Shown piece after piece: positions 58,398 through 64,000 of a stretch of DNA of 64,000 nucleotides. The notes under the pieces were generated by a model that searched no databases, was not told the DNA's origin, and was given only the letters and a program-made list of their open reading frames with translations. The DNA comes from Piromyces finnis finn (Eukaryota > Fungi > Neocallimastigomycota): contig MCFH01000036.1 in assembly GCA_002104945.1 (NCBI GenBank), positions 503,929 to 567,928 of the forward strand. The letters run 5' to 3'. Numbering within the stretch: the first letter of the stretch is position 1; every line of letters begins with the position of its first letter. A program made the translations under genes and the position numbers.

Positions 58398-58411
58398 AAA
58401 TTAAAAATAAA

Positions 58412-61400
58412 TTTTTTTTTTTTTTTTTAACGGCATCAAATATTTTAAACTTTATTATTAATTTAATTAAAATTATAATACATGTAATAAAAAAAATTAA
58501 AAATAAAAATAAAAATAAAAAAAATATGTTTAAATAAGCACAAATGAATAAAAATTGGGTATAATGTATTCTAGTAATTTTAATTAAAGTAAGAAAGCCA
58601 CTATCATACTAAAGTATAATAATTGTATTTGACTTCCAATGGGACACCGAGCCAAAGATCAAAATTTTGTCATGGAACAAAATTATGATCTCCATTGGTT
58701 GCGCTGGCCCTCCTGGCCTGTCTTACTGTTTCTTCAGCATTGACGCTCTTGGATGTTGCTTCAAACCTTTTGAACATTGACCATTGCTGGCCAATAGCAA
58801 AAGGCATGATTTTGGTTAGAAGTTCCGCGGTTACCGTCAAGAATGGTGTTCCTTCGTTAGTACCAGATTGAATCTGACGCTTACAAAGTTCTTTCCATTC
58901 CCTTGAATTGTAATTAATATTGTTAAAACTTCTTCCCCCAAGAAGGAATTTAAATATTTTACTGCACACACTAGAATAATCATACACATTAATATTCACC
59001 GGATTATTAGAACTATTACTATCATCAACTAAATTACTATCTAAATTAGAATTATTATCTTCACTATTGCTATCATTACTAATATTATTATTTCTATTAT
59101 TGTTATTATTACTATTGTTATTATTAATATTATTACTATTACTATTACTGTTATTGCTATCTCTGCTGATATTAACATTTTCATTATTATTGATAGGACT
59201 ATTGGAATTACGTTGACTGAAAAAATTTAATAGATGGACTATAGAATCATAATGTTTAATACGGATATCTCTAAATGTTGGACAATCTAATAACCAATGT
59301 TTAATACTTTGAACACCACACTTGCAACATGGACAGTAGTTAGGACAAACTGGATCAACAAATTTAGCAGCTTTGGCAACTCTAGCATCCAACTTGTATC
59401 CGCTTCTTGCTTTCAATAGCCAGTAGAAGCCATAGGCAAACTCTGGGTATTCATAACATAATTTAATAAAATCTTTAGTTTCAATAAACTTATTATCATC
59501 ATAATATTGCGCTTTGATTGAATTCCCTTTGAGATCTTTCCAATAAAAGTTTTTAACTGCTTTAACATCTCCATGTTTCTTTAGTTTTTTATCAAGTGTC
59601 CCACTTGATTTGCACCACGTGTATTTTCTAAATTTAGGAATGTAATTGACAAGGTGTGAGATAATACAATTTGAGTTTTTCCATTTGTTAAAACATCTAA
59701 CCTGAGCTAACGCACATTTGGCTGACAATGGAGGAACATTCAAATCTTTTGAGATAGAGTATAAAGATATAAACGATACAGCTTTATGAACTCCGGCAAC
59801 CCATCGTATTCTTTTGTTAACATGCTTCTGAGCAATTCTAGACCTGGCTTTGTTGGATCCAAGTAATGGTGCAAAGTATGAAACTCTGCTAATCACTTGT
59901 GAGTTAAGTACTAGTTTTTTGAAAGGAATAGGAATATTAGGATTTCTTAAGAATTTACTGACTGAGAAAAGCCCTTTCAAAACCTTGTTATTAAAAGCTT
60001 TAATAACTGGTTTAAGGGACAGATTCTTATCAAATGGAACACCAAGATAAGTATAGCAATCAGTAGTTGGAATGGGTTGTCCTGCTAAGTAAAATGTTGG
60101 ATCTCTCTTGTTCTGATTTTCTATTGATTCAGGACGAATCACCATCGTTGAACATTTCTGGATACCAAATTCCATTTCATTATACAAGGCCCATTCATTA
60201 ACTCTTCTAAGCATCTTTTTTAAGCATCCTCTTGTTGGAGCACAAATAACTATATCATCTGCAAAAAGTCCACTACAGCATCGAGTGTCACCTAAACTGA
60301 CTCCTAGATCTTCGCACTCTTTAAAAATATCATTAATAAAGAGATTAAAAAGAATAGGCGAAAGTGGGCAACCTTGACGGACTCCTTTCTTCACATCAAA
60401 AGATTTCGAGAATTGTCCATCTAATTTGACATTAGCCTTAGATGTTAAATATAAATTTTTGATAAATTGTAGACTCTTACCTCGGATTCCTAAACAATCT
60501 AATTTATGGAGAATATTACCGATTGGGACTGAATCGTATGCTTTCCTGAGATCTAAAAAGGCCAAATATGTCTCTTTATTATCTAATTGACGTCTACGGC
60601 ATATTTCTTGGATTGAAATGAAAAGACTAATACTTTCTTCCTTTTTTCGAAAACCAAATTGTTCAGGTCTAATGAAATTATTCTTTAAACCATATTCTGA
60701 GATTCTAGTGGTGACAATTTTGGAAATCAACTTAATACCATTATTGATAAGTGATATACCTCGATAGTTATCACAATCTGTCAAATCTCCCTTCTTAGGA
60801 ATAGAAACAATACTGGATTCATTCCATGAGTTGGGGAAATCTCCATCCCAAATACGGTTGAATAATTTAAGAATAAAATTTAAACCATGAGCATCATTAT
60901 CTGAAGTAGTATTACCAGAAGAATTATTATCTGTAGCATTATTAGAATCATTACTTGATGGAATTAATGCTTTGTAAAATTCAATTGGAATACCATCCGG
61001 ACCTGATGCTTTATAATTTGGAGTAGTGAGGATAGCTGACTTGACTTCATCAATACTAATATCTTGGTTGATATCCCACTCATCAAGCATAGGAAGTGAA
61101 AAACGTTTATTCGTTGGTTCTTCATACCAATGCTCCAAATCAAGACTTACACCACTTGGGTCTGATGCAAGATTTTCGAAATGATCATGCCACACATCTA
61201 GTTGTTCTTCCGTAGCAACAACTAATTCTCCATTTTTATTTTTAATTGGTTGAGCAATAAAGAAAGAATCTTTTCCAATTTTTGCAGTTTTCTTGATCCA
61301 TTTCCAGGCCTTCTTAGGATTATGACTCTTCATATACTCACATCCTGTTTTAATCCAATGAAGATATTCTTGCTTCCTAAATTCATTACATCTTTTGTGG

Positions 61401-63928
61401 ATGTAATCAATGAGTTTACGGTAGATTTTAATTCTTTTAATAAATTCATCTATATCATAAATTCTTTCTTTTTTAAATCTCTTATACAACTTCATTTTGA
61501 TTTTTTGGAGATTAAAAATTTGTTGTGAAATATGAAATGAAGACTTTATAACATTATTTGCTGAGGTAATACTGAGCTCGTCTGCAATTGAAAAAGCAGT
61601 TGAAGTAAACTCTTTGGAAAGTTCATCTGTAGAAACATTAGGATCGTTGAATTTTGCTGAAAGAATTTGGAATTTATTATGACTAAGAATAGATTCCTTT
61701 TCCTCAATACATTTTAATCTATTCCATTTCAGAATTTTCTTAGGAACATTAAAGTCATTAGAAAAATCTTCCATAGGAATAATTTTACCATTAATAAGAA
61801 GTGGCTTATGGTCTGATACAGGATAAAAATTATTTATAAATGATCCTGAGTGAATAAGATCTTTCATCTTCGAATTGATAAGAGCATGGTCAATGTCGGA
61901 AGATTGATCACCTCGAGTCCAAGAGATAGTCGACCCTCTAAGCGGAAGAATTTCCCAATCTCCTAATCCATTAGTTGATAACCAGTTGGATAATTTTACT
62001 TTAGACATATTAAAATCACCAACAAGAATCGATGGATGGGATGAATGAGTTTGTAACCACAAGCGAGCTTCTAACTTTGCATGATCAACATAGATGTTGT
62101 GATGACTATGAGGCATATAAACATTTCCAATCGAGCATTTGAATCTATTCCAGAGACTAAAAGTATAAATAGAAATAATATACTTTCCAGAGAAGTTTTC
62201 AAGTGAGGCTTGACATGAATTGTGAAAACCTAAATATAAACCTCTCATTCCCGGAACTGATTCGTCAGCTTTCTTGAAAAAGTGTCTATAGTTTCGCAAA
62301 GTAACACGACAAGGATAATCTGTATTCGATCCAGAACCATTACCAGTTTCTTGGAAACATAAGAATAATGGTTTGAAAATAGCTGTGAAATAGCTAATAC
62401 TATCTCTCTTTTCGTGATTCCACCCATTGGTGTTCCAACTAAGACAAAAAGAAAAGTTATCAGGCTTGTTGGATGAGGAAGAATCGTTGCTATTATTATT
62501 ATTATTAAAGTCATCGTTATTAATGGATGATGCATCAGAGGAATAAGTAGAACTATTACTAGATGGCTGTGAAACTGAAGAACTATCAACTATTGAACTG
62601 TTATCAGAGTTGATAGAGCTATTAGAATTAAATGTTGAATGTTGAGATTGAAATTGTGTTTGCTGTAGATCTGGAATATTTTCATGATTGGAAACTTGTT
62701 GAAGATCTTGTTGAAGATCTAGTTGAAGATCGGATTGTTGATGAGATTGTTGAACTGATTGTTGAAATGATTGTTGAATAGAATGTTGATGTTTATTAGA
62801 AACTAAAATTTTACGTTTGAGAGTGGAAAAAGTGTATTTGTGATTCCTTCTACTACGAGCTGAAAAGGAAATTGAGGTAACTGAAAGTTTCTTCTTTAAC
62901 ATGTGTAAGATTTTAATACAATCTTTCGATGAACCATGAACCTTGACTAAGAAAAAGTGATCATTGAAAGTCTGAAAATATTTAACACTAATAACTGAAT
63001 TAAATTTATCTTCTAGAATAACCTCGAGTTTTTCCCATAGCATATTTACTGACCATGATCGAATACCACGGATAAAGAAGGAGCGAATATCATCTAAGGG
63101 GATACCATAAGACCGGGTACCACGTCTAATATAATTCTTGTCTTTAATATAAAGGACTGACATGATAATAAATTCTAATTAAAAATATTGAATATAAAAT
63201 AAATACTAATAAAAATTATAAATATAACGTATATGGAAAAAAAATCTGTCTCTCTCTCTCTTCTTAAAAGTACTGGATAGTACAAAAATTGTTACGATGC
63301 TTTGTTTAAAGTTTCTTTTTTTGAATTCTAGTTGTAAATTTTCTTTAAAAATTCTAGTTTTGGTTTGTTGTTAGTAAATTCGAATCGCTTTTTGACACTA
63401 AACTTGTTTGACTTTACTTTTCATTAAATATTTAAATTGGTAAAAAATTTGAATCAAGAATGTCGACACCAGAAAGCTTGTGACTAGTATTTTTACATGA
63501 TGTAGAGTGAATCAGTCTCTTACAAGAAACAATACAACAATAGCTACATGAATATAAAAATACAATGCAAATGCTAAAGTTGACTACATTGGATTCTTAC
63601 AAGAGAAGAGTAGTACTACATGAATACATGAATAAAAGAAAAAAATACAGCAACAAAATGTATTACTCTTCTAATTAAATACTATACAAACTTACCTGAA
63701 TATCAAACATTCAACTTATTCATCAAATACTTAATTCGATGAATAAAATGTTTTTTAATCGCTCAGTACCATGAGCTTAGTCCTAATAATTTTCCCTTAA
63801 AGACTAACCAAGCATCCATTGCGCAATGCTTGGATTTAATTCTTTCTACTCTCTCAGTACCATGAGCATGAGTAGACCCCCTTGATAAACTCCATTATTA
63901 AATAAATGAAGGCACGTTCCTAAGAGGG
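58412..63928 (-). mobile_element. Full-length LINE, copy 3 (intact)
   Basis: A17 tail; 5' end CCCTCTTAGG matches the start of copy 1; uninterrupted ORF. No TSD could be identified. Confidence 0.97.
58670..63163 (-). CDS. LINE polyprotein, 1497 aa: RRM-like, Q/S/N linker, APE endonuclease, RT, CCHC knuckle, Asn-rich insert, C-terminal domain
   Basis: EN: WNTNG, FQET, GNVY, GDFN, IDH, SDH. RT: YRGISL, QFGFR, LDLRKAYDSV, RQGCPLSPILFN, FADD, YLG. Knuckle: CPCCKCGVQSIKHWLLDC. Confidence 0.96.
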   Translation of the reverse strand: MSVLYIKDKNYIRRGTRSYGIPLDDIRSFFIRGIRSWSVNMLWEKLEVILEDKFNSVISVKYFQTFNDHFFLVKVHGSSKDCIKILHMLKKKLSVTSISFSARSRRNHKYTFSTLKRKILVSNKHQHSIQQSFQQSVQQSHQQSDLQLDLQQDLQQVSNHENIPDLQQTQFQSQHSTFNSNSSINSDNSSIVDSSSVSQPSSNSSTYSSDASSINNDDFNNNNNSNDSSSSNKPDNFSFCLSWNTNGWNHEKRDSISYFTAIFKPLFLCFQETGNGSGSNTDYPCRVTLRNYRHFFKKADESVPGMRGLYLGFHNSCQASLENFSGKYIISIYTFSLWNRFKCSIGNVYMPHSHHNIYVDHAKLEARLWLQTHSSHPSILVGDFNMSKVKLSNWLSTNGLGDWEILPLRGSTISWTRGDQSSDIDHALINSKMKDLIHSGSFINNFYPVSDHKPLLINGKIIPMEDFSNDFNVPKKILKWNRLKCIEEKESILSHNKFQILSAKFNDPNVSTDELSKEFTSTAFSIADELSITSANNVIKSSFHISQQIFNLQKIKMKLYKRFKKERIYDIDEFIKRIKIYRKLIDYIHKRCNEFRKQEYLHWIKTGCEYMKSHNPKKAWKWIKKTAKIGKDSFFIAQPIKNKNGELVVATEEQLDVWHDHFENLASDPSGVSLDLEHWYEEPTNKRFSLPMLDEWDINQDISIDEVKSAILTTPNYKASGPDGIPIEFYKALIPSSNDSNNATDNNSSGNTTSDNDAHGLNFILKLFNRIWDGDFPNSWNESSIVSIPKKGDLTDCDNYRGISLINNGIKLISKIVTTRISEYGLKNNFIRPEQFGFRKKEESISLFISIQEICRRRQLDNKETYLAFLDLRKAYDSVPIGNILHKLDCLGIRGKSLQFIKNLYLTSKANVKLDGQFSKSFDVKKGVRQGCPLSPILFNLFINDIFKECEDLGVSLGDTRCCSGLFADDIVICAPTRGCLKKMLRRVNEWALYNEMEFGIQKCSTMVIRPESIENQNKRDPTFYLAGQPIPTTDCYTYLGVPFDKNLSLKPVIKAFNNKVLKGLFSVSKFLRNPNIPIPFKKLVLNSQVISRVSYFAPLLGSNKARSRIAQKHVNKRIRWVAGVHKAVSFISLYSISKDLNVPPLSAKCALAQVRCFNKWKNSNCIISHLVNYIPKFRKYTWCKSSGTLDKKLKKHGDVKAVKNFYWKDLKGNSIKAQYYDDNKFIETKDFIKLCYEYPEFAYGFYWLLKARSGYKLDARVAKAAKFVDPVCPNYCPCCKCGVQSIKHWLLDCPTFRDIRIKHYDSIVHLLNFFSQRNSNSPINNNENVNISRDSNNSNSNSNNINNNNSNNNNNRNNNISNDSNSEDNNSNLDSNLVDDSNSSNNPVNINVYDYSSVCSKIFKFLLGGRSFNNINYNSREWKELCKRQIQSGTNEGTPFLTVTAELLTKIMPFAIGQQWSMFKRFEATSKSVNAEETVRQARRASATNGDHNFVP

Positions 63929-63929
63929 C

Positions 63930-63996
63930 ACCAAGCATCCATTGCGCAATACTTGGATTTAATTCTTTCTACTCTCTCAGTACCATGAGCATGAGT
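63930..63996 (-). repeat. 67-bp duplicate of the LINE 5' UTR placed directly upstream of copy 3
   Basis: Matches 63807-63873 (1 mismatch) and 6426-6492 (identical). Confidence 0.9.
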
Positions 63997-64000
63997 TTTT

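Noticed and set aside
58412-63928. Copy 3 plus Hsp20-H as a segmental duplicate of copy 1 plus Hsp20-B
   Set aside because: H's promoter is C-type, and copy 3 shares diagnostic variants with copy 2 rather than copy 1.

Overview
Extremely AT-rich, intron-rich eukaryotic DNA. The composition, GT-AG introns, poly-Asn tracts and GTP-type PEPCK suggest an anaerobic gut fungus (Neocallimastigomycota); this is an inference. The window is a heat-shock/chaperone neighbourhood with seven near-identical intronless Hsp20 copies (one carries a nonsense codon) and one diverged Hsp20, in tandem, inverted and head-to-head arrangements with degenerate HSE arrays. One young non-LTR retrotransposon family is present three times: full length with a 1-bp frameshift and 13-bp TSD, 5'-truncated with a 14-bp TSD, and full length with an intact 1497-aa ORF. 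Two decayed LINE relics are also present. Other features are an LRR single-pass receptor gene, a PAN/apple-like membrane protein, GTP-PEPCK, a secreted esterase and tRNA-Ala(CGC). The most novel candidate is a 23-exon gene (37058-45148) that I could splice in frame by hand. It gives one ~1,870-aa protein made of an XRN 5'-3' exoribonuclease domain with three catalytic Asp changed to Asn, a long TPR array, an HPD J-domain and an Asp/Tyr/Asn tail. The second is the LINE family, which appears to fuse an RRM-like domain to EN-RT in one ORF and has a hairpin-rich 5' leader. All domain calls come from motif reading by eye; no database searches were run.
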